A stretch of DNA of 64,000 nt from an uncultured Spirochaetota bacterium (GCA_963734495.1 CAVTHK010000011.1:64001-128000); one strand, 5' to 3'; positions 51,471 to 61,660 are shown, counted from the first letter of the stretch. Numbers and translations are program-made. Notes: generated from the letters alone by a model not told the origin.

Positions 51471-52628
51471 CTACTTCATCAGGACGTTCTTGACGAAATC
51501 CGCTATGAACTTGGCCTTGTACTGGGCAGGTATCCAGGTGAGGCTGTTCTTGCGCTCGTTCTCCGTGAGCAGCGTGCTGGTGACCGACACGTCCGTGCGG
51601 GCCGGGTAGAGTCCCACGCCGCCGAGCGCCTTCTGCTGGTCGACGTCCGTCAGGAAGGAGATCAGCAGGATCGCGGCCGCCTTGTGGGGCGCGTTCTTGA
51701 GCACGCCGAGGGTGTCGCCGCCGCCGGCGAACCCCATCGTCGGGATGTAGAGCTTCGCGCGCTTGAACAGCGCGCCGCCGCTCATCTGGGTGTAGGCGAC
51801 GTCATCCCAGGCCACCGTCAGCCACAGCTCCCCGTCGTTGACGCGCTGGATCGAATCGTTGTTCGAGTTGGTAAAGACGATCTTGTCCTTGCGGCTGTTC
51901 ACCCAGTCCCACGCCTTGCCCCAGTCCGCCACGTCGGCAGCCTGGACGTCCGTGTCCCCGTAGTACTTGTCCAGCCCGCCCGCCTCGTACTTGAGCAGCG
52001 TCTGCACGAAGGCCTGCCCCGCCCCGCCCTTGGACGGGTCGTTGAACCCGAACCGCTTGGGGTTGGCGTCGATCCACGCGGTCAGCTCCTGCCACGTCTG
52101 CGGCGGATTCTTCACCTTGTCGGGGTCGTAGAGAAGCCCCGTCTGGTTCCGCATGAAGGGCACGAGGTATCCGTTGGTGGCCAGCCCCTCCTGCCTCTCC
52201 CACGCGGCGGGCGCGAACTTGTCCGCGTTCGGCATCCGGGCCTTGAGCGGGCCCATCGTCAGGCCCATGTCGAGGACCGATTTCACCCCGGCGCCGCCCA
52301 CGATCATCGCGTCCATCGTGCCGACCGGCATGTCCTTTTCCGCGATCGCCTTGTTAAAGTTGGCCGTTTCGGCGCCCGACACGATGACCTTGGCGTCGAT
52401 GCCGTACTTCTGTTTAAAGGCGTTCATCGCGTCGACAAAGTAGCTCTCCTTGTACCAGACGTAGAGAACGACCTGTCCCTCCGCCTTTGCGGCCTTGACC
52501 AGATCGTCCCACGGCATGGTGAGAAAGTCCTTCTGGGTCGCCGCGGCCGGCGTTTCCGCGCCCCCGCTGGCGAACGAGAGGGCCGCGCTGCACAGGAGCA
52601 GAAGCCCCAGCAGCATACCTTTCCTCAT
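51471..52628 (-). CDS. ABC substrate-binding protein (PotD/YnjB-like)
   Basis: Signal peptide, AAKAEGQV, PPQTWQEL, NAPHKAAA; SD GGAGG before ATG 52628. Confidence 0.88.
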   Translation of the reverse strand: MRKGMLLGLLLLCSAALSFASGGAETPAAATQKDFLTMPWDDLVKAAKAEGQVVLYVWYKESYFVDAMNAFKQKYGIDAKVIVSGAETANFNKAIAEKDMPVGTMDAMIVGGAGVKSVLDMGLTMGPLKARMPNADKFAPAAWERQEGLATNGYLVPFMRNQTGLLYDPDKVKNPPQTWQELTAWIDANPKRFGFNDPSKGGAGQAFVQTLLKYEAGGLDKYYGDTDVQAADVADWGKAWDWVNSRKDKIVFTNSNNDSIQRVNDGELWLTVAWDDVAYTQMSGGALFKRAKLYIPTMGFAGGGDTLGVLKNAPHKAAAILLISFLTDVDQQKALGGVGLYPARTDVSVTSTLLTENERKNSLTWIPAQYKAKFIADFVKNVLMK

Positions 52629-52715
52629 GTGCACCTCCTATGGCGTCTTCGCCAAGTCCCGAGCCCCTCGTACTCGGGGGGCCCCGAGCTCCGATCGTTG
52701 TCAGGGCTCAAGGCA

Positions 52716-52744
52716 ATGGTAGTCACAGAGCACCACGGAGTCAA
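52716..52744 (-). promoter_or_regulatory. Sigma70-type promoter of the Pot/Ynj-like operon
   Basis: TTGACT-N17-TACCAT. Confidence 0.65.
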
Positions 52745-52816
52745 AATTGAAGGCTGACGCCCGCCGCCGCTTGCGCTGCCATGGAAGGCCGCGTCGGGAT
52801 GCGGTAGTATGGCGCG

Positions 52817-53533
52817 ATGGCATCCGCTTTCATGGCGATCGCGCACCGGGGCGCCTCGGCGCGGAAGCCCGAGAACACGCTGGCCGCGTTCCGCGAGGCG
52901 CTCGCCATGGGCATCCGCGACCTGGAGTGCGACGTGCGGCTCTCGCGCGATGGCCGCATCGTGGTCATCCACGACGCAAAGGTCGATCGGACGACCGACG
53001 GCAGCGGCCGCGTCGCGGACCTCACGCTCACCGAGCTGCGCGCGCTGGACGCGGGCGGGGGCGAGCGCATCCCGCTGCTGGAGGAGCTGCTCGCGATCCT
53101 GACTCCCGACGCGAGTCTCGTCGTGGAGATCAAGGAGGACGACCGCTTCCCCCGGCTGACCGACGCCGTCGTCGCGCTCCTCGCGAAGCGGCGGGGGCCC
53201 GGCAGGGTCGGCATCTCGGCCTTCGAGGCGCCTACCCTGCGGCGCGTGAGGGAGCTCTCGCCGGGCCTCGAGCTCTCGGCGCTGCTGCACGACACGGCCG
53301 GCGCCCTCGACGAGGCGCTTGCGATCGGGGTGGACATCCTCTGCCCGAAGGCGTCCGCAGTCACGGCCGAGCTGGTGTCCCGGCTGCACGCAGGCGGCTA
53401 CCGCGTGCGCGCCTGGGGCCTCGCGGGGCGGGACGAGGCGGAGATGGCGCGCCTCATCCGCTGCGGCGCCGACGGCATGACTACCGACTACCCGGACGTG
53501 CTGGCCGAGCTGCACAAACGCCTTCGCGGCTGA
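52817..53533 (+). CDS. Glycerophosphodiester phosphodiesterase (cytoplasmic, UgpQ/GlpQ family)
   Basis: IAHRGAS...PENTLAAF, ECDV, HD, EIK, TTDYP. Confidence 0.92.
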   Translation: MASAFMAIAHRGASARKPENTLAAFREALAMGIRDLECDVRLSRDGRIVVIHDAKVDRTTDGSGRVADLTLTELRALDAGGGERIPLLEELLAILTPDASLVVEIKEDDRFPRLTDAVVALLAKRRGPGRVGISAFEAPTLRRVRELSPGLELSALLHDTAGALDEALAIGVDILCPKASAVTAELVSRLHAGGYRVRAWGLAGRDEAEMARLIRCGADGMTTDYPDVLAELHKRLRG

Positions 53534-53546
53534 TCCTGCCCCGCGT

Positions 53547-53891
53547 CTACGGCTTCTCGGGCAGCCGGTCGCCCGGGAAGCCCCGGCAGGCGTGGATCTC
53601 GTAGACGAACACCCCCGCCTTTACGCCCGGATCATCGTCCATGACTTTCCGGATTTCCTCGACGGTGCCGTTGAAGATGCCGACTCCCCTGACGTCGCTG
53701 CCGTCCCTGACGGGGCAGACGATGGAGAGGACGCCCTCGGCCCTGAGCGCGAAATTGCGACGCCCGTGCTCCCAGACGATCTTGTCGGCCCCGGGTGAGC
53801 CGGCGGCGGGGCCAGCCTTGAGGATGACCGCAGTGTACTCTCTCGCCACTGTCATCATCTGCCGCATGGAGTCGTCAGTGATTTCTTTCAT
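53547..53891 (-). CDS. Small YciI-like hypothetical protein
   Basis: WEHGRRNF, MDDDPGVKAGVFVYEIH; SD GGAGGAG. Confidence 0.7.
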   Translation of the reverse strand: MKEITDDSMRQMMTVAREYTAVILKAGPAAGSPGADKIVWEHGRRNFALRAEGVLSIVCPVRDGSDVRGVGIFNGTVEEIRKVMDDDPGVKAGVFVYEIHACRGFPGDRLPEKP

Positions 53892-53988
53892 AGCTCCTCC
53901 AAAGAAGAGGCGTCGCGCCGCGGCCGCCGCCAGAAATGATGGACCGTAATGTACTGACGCGAGACGGCCGTACGGCCCCGCGAGCGGC

Positions 53989-54882
53989 TTACTCGTAGAA
54001 GACCCAGCGCTTCCTCATCCGCCACTGGAACATCGTGGCGAGCGCCACGACGACGAAGAGCAGCCAGGCCAGCGAGCAGGCGTACCCCATGCGGAAGTAG
54101 TTGAAGGCATTCTGGTACAGGTAGTAGATGTACACGGTCGTCGCGCGTCCCGGACCGCCGCTGGTCATGATGTAGATCAGGCCGAAGACCTGGAAGGAGT
54201 TTATGAACGACAGGATCAGGATGAAGAAGGTCGTCGGCGCCAGCATGGGCCAGGTGACGTGGAGAAACTGCTGCGCACGGTCGGCGCCGTCGATGTTGGC
54301 CGCGTCGTAGTACTGCGCGGGTATGCCCTTGAGGCCCGCGAGGTACAGCACCATGTTGTACCCCCCGCCGTGCCACACGCTGACCATGATGATCGCGGGC
54401 ATGGCCCATCGGGACTGGTACAGCCATGACGGCCCCGCTATCCCGAACGTCTTGAGCAGGTTGTTCAGCAAGCCGCGGTCGGGCGCCAGGATCCAGCTCC
54501 ATACGACCCCGATCGCGACCTCCGAGGTCACCACGGGGGCGAAGAACAGACCCTTGAAGAACCCCGAGGTGACGAGGTTCTCGTTGATCAGGAGGGCGAG
54601 CGCGAGCCCGGCGATCAGGGTGAGGGGAATGCTGCCCAGCGTGTAGTAGATGGTGTTGCGCAGCGTGATGCTGAAGAGCTTGTCCGTCGTCAGGATCTTC
54701 ACGTAGTTCTCGAGACCCACGAACCTGGGCTGGGACACGCCGGTCCAGTTGGTGAAGCTCGCGGCAAAGGAGATCAGCGTCGGCACGAAATCGAACAGCG
54801 CCGTCCCGAGCACGACGGGCAGCACGAACAGAAGCCCCATCAGCCGCCGCTGCGTCCTGTAGTTCAGGCTCAAGCCGCTCAC
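53989..54882 (-). CDS. Carbohydrate ABC permease
   Basis: FVGLENY, YYDAANIDGA, TSGGPG. Confidence 0.9.
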   Translation of the reverse strand: MSGLSLNYRTQRRLMGLLFVLPVVLGTALFDFVPTLISFAASFTNWTGVSQPRFVGLENYVKILTTDKLFSITLRNTIYYTLGSIPLTLIAGLALALLINENLVTSGFFKGLFFAPVVTSEVAIGVVWSWILAPDRGLLNNLLKTFGIAGPSWLYQSRWAMPAIIMVSVWHGGGYNMVLYLAGLKGIPAQYYDAANIDGADRAQQFLHVTWPMLAPTTFFILILSFINSFQVFGLIYIMTSGGPGRATTVYIYYLYQNAFNYFRMGYACSLAWLLFVVVALATMFQWRMRKRWVFYE

Positions 54883-54900
54883 GCGCCGCTCCTTCCTTGG

Positions 54901-55797
54901 CTATTCCTTGAGCCCCGAAAGCGCGATGCCCTCGGTGAACGTCCGCTCGAAGAGCAGGTAGACGATCATGATGGGCAGCATAACGATCGTGGAGCCCGCC
55001 ATCAGTGGCCCCCAGAGCGTGCCGAACTCACCCTGGAACACGGCCAGACCCAGCGGCGCGGTCATCTTTTCCAGCGTGTTGATGAAGATGAGCGGCCCGA
55101 GGAGCTGGTTCCAGGACCCCATGAACATGAAGATCGCCAGCACTCCGAGCGCCGGCCTCGCCAGCGGAAGCATGATCTTCGTATAGCTCTGCCAGAGCCC
55201 GCATCCGTCCACCCACGCCGAGTCTTCGAGCTCGCTCGGAAGCGTGATGAAGAACTGCCGCATCAGGAACACCCCGAACGTGCTCGCCACGATCGGCGGG
55301 ATGATGAGCGTGTAGTGCGTGTCGATCCACCCGATGCGCCGGAACACGATGTAGAGCGGGATCAGCCTGACGGTGCTCGGTATCATCAGCGTGGCGAGCA
55401 GGAACCCGAACAGGAAGCCGGAGCCCGGGAACTTGACCTTCGCGAAGCTGTAGCCCGCCAGGGAGCACACGAAAAGGGCTCCCAGGACCGCCAGGACCGA
55501 GATTTTCGTGCTGTTCAACATGAAGAGGGCAAAGGGGACGGCCGTCCACGCGTCGGCGTAGTTCTTCCAGACGAACTTCGACGGGATCCACTCGGGCGGG
55601 ATGTGCGCGATCTGGTCCGGCGGCTTCAGCGACGTGGAGATCATCCAGAGAAACGGAGTCGCCATCACGATCCCGACGAGAATCATCAGCGCGTACTTGA
55701 GCACGAGCGCGGCGATCGCGACGATCCGCGATCCGCCCGCGATCATCGGCCTTCTGCGCCTCGTGTGGTCTGCTGCGACAGTCTGATCGGCTGCCAT
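54901..55797 (-). CDS. Carbohydrate ABC permease (start uncertain)
   Basis: PFLWMISTSLK, FLMRQFF..LPSELEDSAWVDG, GIALSGLKE. Confidence 0.9.
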   Translation of the reverse strand: MAADQTVAADHTRRRRPMIAGGSRIVAIAALVLKYALMILVGIVMATPFLWMISTSLKPPDQIAHIPPEWIPSKFVWKNYADAWTAVPFALFMLNSTKISVLAVLGALFVCSLAGYSFAKVKFPGSGFLFGFLLATLMIPSTVRLIPLYIVFRRIGWIDTHYTLIIPPIVASTFGVFLMRQFFITLPSELEDSAWVDGCGLWQSYTKIMLPLARPALGVLAIFMFMGSWNQLLGPLIFINTLEKMTAPLGLAVFQGEFGTLWGPLMAGSTIVMLPIMIVYLLFERTFTEGIALSGLKE

Positions 55798-55821
55798 CCC
55801 GCGCACCCCGCTCGACGGACG

Positions 55822-55853
55822 GCATGGGGGATGCCCTGCGGCATCCCCCATGC
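55822..55853. other. Perfect 14-bp intergenic hairpin downstream of the SBP gene
   Basis: gcatgggggatgcc-ctgc-ggcatcccccatgc. Confidence 0.7.
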
Positions 55854-55873
55854 TTCGACTGCGACAGGTATTC

Positions 55874-57172
55874 CTAGAATTCCGCCAGCAGCGCCTCGAT
55901 ATCCTTGCGCACGGCGTTGAGCGCATCCGTCGCCTTGAGATCGCCGTTCATGACGAGCCTGATCTGCGGCCAGTAGATATTGCGGGCCTGCTCGGTGTTC
56001 GTCGTCTTGGGCACGGGCAGGTACCCGTCGAGCGCCTTGATCGCCAGGTCCCTGTCCTGGGGCATGGCCACGCCGGGAAGCCAGTAGGACGCGGCCCACT
56101 CGGGCTTGACCGGCAGCCAGAAGCCCGACTTTCCGAGGATCTTGTAGGCGTCCTCGGACGTGAGGAACGTGAGCCACTTGAAGGCTTCTGCCGGGTGCTT
56201 GGCGTCCTTCGGGATCACCTGCGAGTCGAGCGCCCCGCCGGTCTTGAAGTTCACCTTGCCGGGAATGGGCCTGGCTGCCCACACGAACTTGTCGCCCACC
56301 TTCCGTGCAACGCTCGGGATCTGACGGGTGTCTCCGTTGAACATGGCGAGCGAGCCCGCGGCAAAGAGGTCGGTCTGGTTCATCTGGCCCCACGTGGAAA
56401 ACGGCGGCTGGACGTGGTTGACCAGGGTGAGGTCGGCCACCCACTGGACCGCCTCCGCACCCGGGGGATCGGCGAGGACGAACTTGCGGCCGTCATCGCT
56501 GTAGACGTTGCCGCCGTTGTTCGCCGCCCACGTCACCTCGTTGCTCGGGAACGTATGGCTGACCGAGCCGCCGTAGCGCTTTGTCTCGGTGCCCGTGGTG
56601 ACCGTCAGCTTCTTGGCCGTGGCGACAAAGTCGTCGAAGGTCCACCTGTCCTTGGGGGGAAGGGCGACTCCGGCCTGCTTGAAGGCGTCCACGTTGACCC
56701 AGACGACCTCGGCCGTGAGCCCCTTGACCCAGGACATGTGCTTGCCCCTCACCTTGGGCCAGCTCCAGAACGCCGGGATGAATCCCTCCGTCTTGATGTT
56801 GGCCTTCTTGATGTAGTCATCGAGGGGCAGCAGGAGGTCGCGCACGGAGTAGTCCTGCACGTAGTCGTCGTTGAGCCTCATCAGGTCGGGCGGAGTGCCG
56901 GCGGCGATCAGCGTGTGCATCTTGTCGACGATACGCGAAGGCGTGTACAGCGGCTTGATCTTGATCGTCGGGTTGGCGGCCTCGAAATTCGCGATCAGCG
57001 TGTCCAGGTTCAGGTCCTGAGGGTTTTCATCGAACAGCCAGGTCACTTCCACGGGCTGTCCCGTGCTGGCCGCCTCCTGGGTGCCCGTGGCGCTCACCGG
57101 CATCGAGCTCAGGATGACCAGCAGCCCGATCGAAAAGACCAGGGTCAGCTCGGACTTCTGTCCTTTGTCCAT
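55874..57172 (-). CDS. Carbohydrate ABC substrate-binding protein
   Basis: Signal peptide, FEAANPTIKI, AAGTPPD, WTFDDF, KHPAEAFKWL; SD GGAGG. Confidence 0.9.
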   Translation of the reverse strand: MDKGQKSELTLVFSIGLLVILSSMPVSATGTQEAASTGQPVEVTWLFDENPQDLNLDTLIANFEAANPTIKIKPLYTPSRIVDKMHTLIAAGTPPDLMRLNDDYVQDYSVRDLLLPLDDYIKKANIKTEGFIPAFWSWPKVRGKHMSWVKGLTAEVVWVNVDAFKQAGVALPPKDRWTFDDFVATAKKLTVTTGTETKRYGGSVSHTFPSNEVTWAANNGGNVYSDDGRKFVLADPPGAEAVQWVADLTLVNHVQPPFSTWGQMNQTDLFAAGSLAMFNGDTRQIPSVARKVGDKFVWAARPIPGKVNFKTGGALDSQVIPKDAKHPAEAFKWLTFLTSEDAYKILGKSGFWLPVKPEWAASYWLPGVAMPQDRDLAIKALDGYLPVPKTTNTEQARNIYWPQIRLVMNGDLKATDALNAVRKDIEALLAEF

Positions 57173-57245
57173 TCGGATTCCTCCCCCGTTCGGATTTGCC
57201 TGCCGTGCTCCCTTGCCGCGGGAGCGGATCACCTCCTGCCCAGAA

Positions 57246-57273
57246 ATTGTAAGCAAACTCCGACCGGTGTCAA
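57246..57273 (-). promoter_or_regulatory. Sigma70-type promoter of the sugar ABC operon
   Basis: TTGACA-N16-TACAAT. Confidence 0.7.
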
Positions 57274-57314
57274 ATGCGATTCCCGCAGGGAACGCGCCGC
57301 GGGCGGGCGGGGCT

Positions 57315-58712
57315 TCAGGCATGGAGCTTGCCGCGGGCAAGCGAGGCGAAGATGCCGGCGAGGCAGAGCGCGGAGAAGATCAGAAAGGAGAACCGGAAGC
57401 TCATCAGGAACGCCGGGTAGCGATCCGGCGTTATCTGCGCCTCGCCCAGGAAGACCGCGATGATCAGCGCGGCGACTCCCATGCTCAGCATCTGTCCGAT
57501 CAGGCGCATCGCGGCCGTCGTGGCCGCGGCGACGCCGTAGTGCACCCGGCTCACCGAGCCCATGATCGCGTTGGTGTTCGGCGAGGAGAACAGCGCGAAC
57601 CCCAGGCCGCAGAGCAGGAGGATGCCGACCACGTGCCCGAGCGTCGACGAGGCGCCGAGCGAGGAGGCCAGCGCGAGCCCGGCGGTGGTCAGCGCCATTC
57701 CGATCGAAGAGACGATGCGCGGCTCGACACGGTCCGAGAGCCTGCCGGCCAGCGGAGACAGGATCGCCTGCACCACCGGCTGGATGAGCAGGATGAGGCC
57801 CGCCGTGCGCGGATCCAGCCCCTTGATGTACTGCAGGTAGAGGCTGAGCAGGAAGCCCAGGGCGAACGTGGCCGCGTAGTTGATGAGGGCGGAGAGGTTC
57901 GAGAGGGCGAAGGTGACGTTGCGGAACAGGCTGATCGCGAGCACGGGACTGGGCGCGCGGCTCTCCACGATCACGAAGAGGGCCAGGCACGCGACGCCTG
58001 CGAGCATCAACCAGACGCCGGTCAGCGCCGGAAGCACCCTGAAGCCGTACATGATCGCCAGCAGGGCCACGGCGTAGAGCGCCGAGCCGAGCACGTCCAT
58101 CTTCTGGCCGCGCGCTTCCGCCCATTCCCCCCGCATCTTCCAGATGGTCAGGGCGACCACCAGGCCGCCCAGGATCGTCGTGAGGAAGAAGATGTGTCTC
58201 CAGCCCAGGTAGTGGGTGATGAACCCGCCGATCGCGGGCCCGAACGCGAGACCGGCGTACACCGCGGCCACGCTGATGCCGAGCGCGCGGCCTCTCTCGG
58301 CGGGCGGGTACACGGAAGTCACGATGGCGGTCGCGGTCCCGAACATCATCGCGTCCGTGATCCCCTGGAGCGCGCGGAGGGCGATCAGCATGGTCTCCGA
58401 GGTCGCCAGGCCGCACAGGAGGGACATGATCGTGTAGCCGATCATGCCGGAGAGGAAGACCTTTTTCCGGCCGTAGATGTCCGCCAGCCTCCCGAGAGGC
58501 ACGAGGAACATCGCGGCCGCGAGCAGGTAGATCGTGGATATCCAGCTCAGGGTGACGGCGCCGGAGCCGAACTCGGCGCCGATCGAAGGAAGAGCGATGT
58601 TGATCGAAGACCCCATGAACGGGGTGAGAAAAGCCGCCGTCGCGGCGACGAACAGGACGACTCCCTTGTCCACGCCGCTGGCGGGCCCGGCAGGTCTTTC
58701 AGCGCTGCTCAT
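57315..58712 (-). CDS. MFS transporter, DHA2/EmrB-like
   Basis: NIALPSI, GRLADIYGRKK, ERGRALG, FSSPNTNAIM. Confidence 0.92.
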   Translation of the reverse strand: MSSAERPAGPASGVDKGVVLFVAATAAFLTPFMGSSINIALPSIGAEFGSGAVTLSWISTIYLLAAAMFLVPLGRLADIYGRKKVFLSGMIGYTIMSLLCGLATSETMLIALRALQGITDAMMFGTATAIVTSVYPPAERGRALGISVAAVYAGLAFGPAIGGFITHYLGWRHIFFLTTILGGLVVALTIWKMRGEWAEARGQKMDVLGSALYAVALLAIMYGFRVLPALTGVWLMLAGVACLALFVIVESRAPSPVLAISLFRNVTFALSNLSALINYAATFALGFLLSLYLQYIKGLDPRTAGLILLIQPVVQAILSPLAGRLSDRVEPRIVSSIGMALTTAGLALASSLGASSTLGHVVGILLLCGLGFALFSSPNTNAIMGSVSRVHYGVAAATTAAMRLIGQMLSMGVAALIIAVFLGEAQITPDRYPAFLMSFRFSFLIFSALCLAGIFASLARGKLHA

Positions 58713-58842
58713 GACGTCCGCATAAGCTACCACGGAAGAGCGGTACAGGATAGAGCGGGCGCCGTCTGCCGCTCACCGATCCGCGGCAGCGGCTCGAACG
58801 ACCGCCTGCCGAAAGTCCGACAGGCTGATACAGTGTCAGCCA

Positions 58843-60384
58843 ATGAACAAGCCCGTCCGCCTCGTTCCCCACGCCGTCGTCCTCGTCGCGAGCACGGGGA
58901 TCATGATCATCGAGCTCGTCGCAGGCCGCCTTGTGGCCAAGTATCTCGGCAACTCGCTCTACACCTGGACCAGCGTCATCGGCATCGTGCTGGGCGGGAT
59001 CAGCCTGGGCAACTGGATCGGAGGGAGGCTCGCGGACAGGATCGCGCCCCGCAGGATCATTCCGTGGATCCTGCTGGCCGCTTCGGCGCTCACCGTCCTC
59101 GTCCTCGCCCTGGATCTTCTGGTGACCTTCGTCACGCGCACGGTCGCCGCGGGCGGGATGACGGTCGGCATCCTTGCGCGCGCGGTCGCGATCATCACGG
59201 TCCTCTTCTTTCTCCCTTCCGCGTCGCTGGGAATGGTCTCGCCCGTGATGGCCAAGTATGCCATCGAGGCGTCCTCCGGGGTGGGCGCTACCGTCGGCGG
59301 CATCTACGCGGCCGGCTCGCTCGGCAGCATCGGCGGCACCTTTCTCGCCGGCTACCTGCTCATCCCCGCGTTCGGCCTCAGCGCGAACATCCTCATGGTG
59401 GGCGTCGTCCTCGCGGCTCTCTCGCTCCTCATGGGCGGCCGCCGCATCGTGAGCGGGGCGTGGCTTGCGGCCCTGCTCCTCCTGCTGGTCACGGGAGCGC
59501 CCGAGCGGCTTTCCCGCCAGCCGGAAACGACGCACGTGCTCTTCGAGAAGGACTCCGCCTACTCCTACGTGCAGGTCGCGGACAAGAGCCTCGCCGCGGG
59601 GGTCGAACGCACGCTTCGCCTGGACGCGCTCATCCACAACAGGTACGACCCGAAGAGCCCGGACACGCTCCTGTACCAGTACGAGCGGATCTTCGCGGCC
59701 CTGACTGCCGCCTGGTCGCGCGAAACGGCCGGCGGGGGCCCGTTCGCGACGCTCACCCTCGGGGGCGGAGCCCTGACGCTGCCGACGTACCTCGAGCGTC
59801 ACTTCCCTTCGGCGACTCACACCGTCGTCGAGATCGACCCCGAGGTCGTGCGCACGGCACGGCGCTTCTTCGATGTGCCCGCCGACTCGCGCCTCCGCAT
59901 CGTGGTCGAGGACGCGCGCCGGTACGTCGACGAGGCTCAGGGGAAGGCGGCCTACGGCGTGGTCTACTGCGACGCCTTCAACGCCTACTCGGTCCCCGCT
60001 CACCTCACGACGCGCGAGTTCGTCGCCGGCGTGGCACGCCTCCTCGCTCCGGACGGGATCTTCCTCGCCAACGTGATCGACATCTTCGACTCGGGCAGGT
60101 TCCTCGGCGCCTACCTCGCCACGGTCAAGGCCGTCTTCACGGAGACGGTCGTCTACCTGCCGACGGATTCGCGCTGGGACGCGCGCGCGACGTTCGTGGT
60201 CGCCGCGAGCCGCGGCCGGCCGTTTCCCGCGACGCTGCTCGACGCCGAGGGGAACGCGGTTGCCTCGGCAATCCCGCGGGCGCGGCTCGACGAGCTCGCG
60301 GGCCGCCGGACGCGCATCCTCACCGACGACCACGCGCCCGTGGAGAACCTGATGGCGCCCGTGTTCCTCCGCAGCGTGAAGTAG
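58843..60384 (+). CDS. Fused MFS-like membrane domain/spermidine synthase-like methyltransferase
   Basis: IIELVAGRL...GNSLYTWTSVIG, LGGGALT, VEIDPEV, DAF, HLTTREF, LTDDHAPVE. Confidence 0.87.
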   Translation: MNKPVRLVPHAVVLVASTGIMIIELVAGRLVAKYLGNSLYTWTSVIGIVLGGISLGNWIGGRLADRIAPRRIIPWILLAASALTVLVLALDLLVTFVTRTVAAGGMTVGILARAVAIITVLFFLPSASLGMVSPVMAKYAIEASSGVGATVGGIYAAGSLGSIGGTFLAGYLLIPAFGLSANILMVGVVLAALSLLMGGRRIVSGAWLAALLLLLVTGAPERLSRQPETTHVLFEKDSAYSYVQVADKSLAAGVERTLRLDALIHNRYDPKSPDTLLYQYERIFAALTAAWSRETAGGGPFATLTLGGGALTLPTYLERHFPSATHTVVEIDPEVVRTARRFFDVPADSRLRIVVEDARRYVDEAQGKAAYGVVYCDAFNAYSVPAHLTTREFVAGVARLLAPDGIFLANVIDIFDSGRFLGAYLATVKAVFTETVVYLPTDSRWDARATFVVAASRGRPFPATLLDAEGNAVASAIPRARLDELAGRRTRILTDDHAPVENLMAPVFLRSVK

Positions 60385-60463
60385 CGGGGCCCCCGGCGGC
60401 GCCCAGCGGCGCCCCGGCGGAGTTGACAGCGGCCGGTGAGCGGTGCGACGTTCAGCGGCGGGA

Positions 60464-61615
60464 ATGCGCATCGTCCACTGGTACCCGAACCTGCTCGACG
60501 GCGGCGCCGTCGCCGACGCGGTCACCGGCCTCGCGGACGCGCAGGCCGCACTGGGCGCCGACGTCGTCGTCGCCGCCGCCGAGCCGCGGCGCCCGCGCGG
60601 CGGGGAGCGCACGCGGTCCGGCAACCCGCGCGTCTTCTGCTGGCGGCCCGCGTGGCGATGGCAGAGGGGAAACGTCGTCCTCCGCGGGCTCGCGCGCGCG
60701 GACCGCGAGGAGCTGGCACTCCTGCGCCCCGACGTCGTCCACATCCACGGCGAGATCAATCCCGACAACATGAGGGTGCCTTCAATTTTCGACTGCGCGA
60801 TCGTGCTCAGCCCTCACGGCGCGTTTCACCCCGTCGTGCTGCGCCGCAACCGGGTCGCGAAGGCTGCCTACCTCGCGCTCGCGGATCGCGTGCTGTACCG
60901 CAGGGTGGTCTTCCAGGCGCTCTCTCCCCTGGAAAGGCGGGACATCCTCGGCCGTTTCCCCCGCGCGGAAGTCTACGTCGCTCCGAACGGGCCGAGCCCG
61001 CGCATCGAGGAGCAGCTGTCGGCGCGGAGCATGGACGTCCCGCGGCCGCCTTCAGCTTCAATTTCGTTCCTCTTCGCGGGCAGGCTCGACGTCCGGGGCA
61101 AGGCGCTCGACACGATGCTCGAGGCGTTCGCCCTTGCCGCGCCGGGCATCCCGGGCGCGACGCTGGTTCTCGCCGGCGCCGACCCGGGGGGAGCGAGAGC
61201 CGAGCTGCTGCGCCTTGCGCGCAGCCTCGGAGTCGAAGGGCAGGTCGAGGTCCCCGGTCTCCTCAGCGAGGACGCGCTCGCGCACGCGTACGGGAGGGCG
61301 GACGTTTACCTTCAGCTTTCGAGGAACGAGGCGTTTTCCCTTTCCGTGGCCGAAGCGCTGCTCGCCGGCGTCCCGGTCATCCTCGGCCGCGAGGTCGGCA
61401 TCGGTTCCTACGCCGAGATCGCGGGCCTGCCTCACGTCGCGATCGCGGGTCCGGACGCGGAGGGCGTTGCGGAAGCGATGGTCCGCGCAGCCGGCGGCAT
61501 CGAGGCGCTCACGAGGAGCGCCCGGGAGAGCCGGGCGCGCGTCCGCGCATTCCTGTCCTGGAAGAGAGTGGCGGCGATCACGCTCGCGCGATACGCGACG
61601 CTCGCGCGAGCCTGA
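60464..61615 (+). CDS. GT4 glycosyltransferase
   Basis: PDVVHIHG, SPHG, VAPNG, FAGRLDVRGK, SRNEAFSLSVAEA. Confidence 0.88.
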   Translation: MRIVHWYPNLLDGGAVADAVTGLADAQAALGADVVVAAAEPRRPRGGERTRSGNPRVFCWRPAWRWQRGNVVLRGLARADREELALLRPDVVHIHGEINPDNMRVPSIFDCAIVLSPHGAFHPVVLRRNRVAKAAYLALADRVLYRRVVFQALSPLERRDILGRFPRAEVYVAPNGPSPRIEEQLSARSMDVPRPPSASISFLFAGRLDVRGKALDTMLEAFALAAPGIPGATLVLAGADPGGARAELLRLARSLGVEGQVEVPGLLSEDALAHAYGRADVYLQLSRNEAFSLSVAEALLAGVPVILGREVGIGSYAEIAGLPHVAIAGPDAEGVAEAMVRAAGGIEALTRSARESRARVRAFLSWKRVAAITLARYATLARA

Positions 61616-61660
61616 GGTGCCGGCGGTCGGTGCGGCCCGCGTGCTCGCGCCTGCCCGCCA

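Noticed and set aside
57063-60773. 1236-aa + strand ORF and other very long shadow ORFs (for example 3722..6202, 31329..33572, 11601..13301)
   Set aside because: They are antisense or off-frame to well-supported genes, have R/G/A/P-rich composition without motifs, and are expected at high GC.
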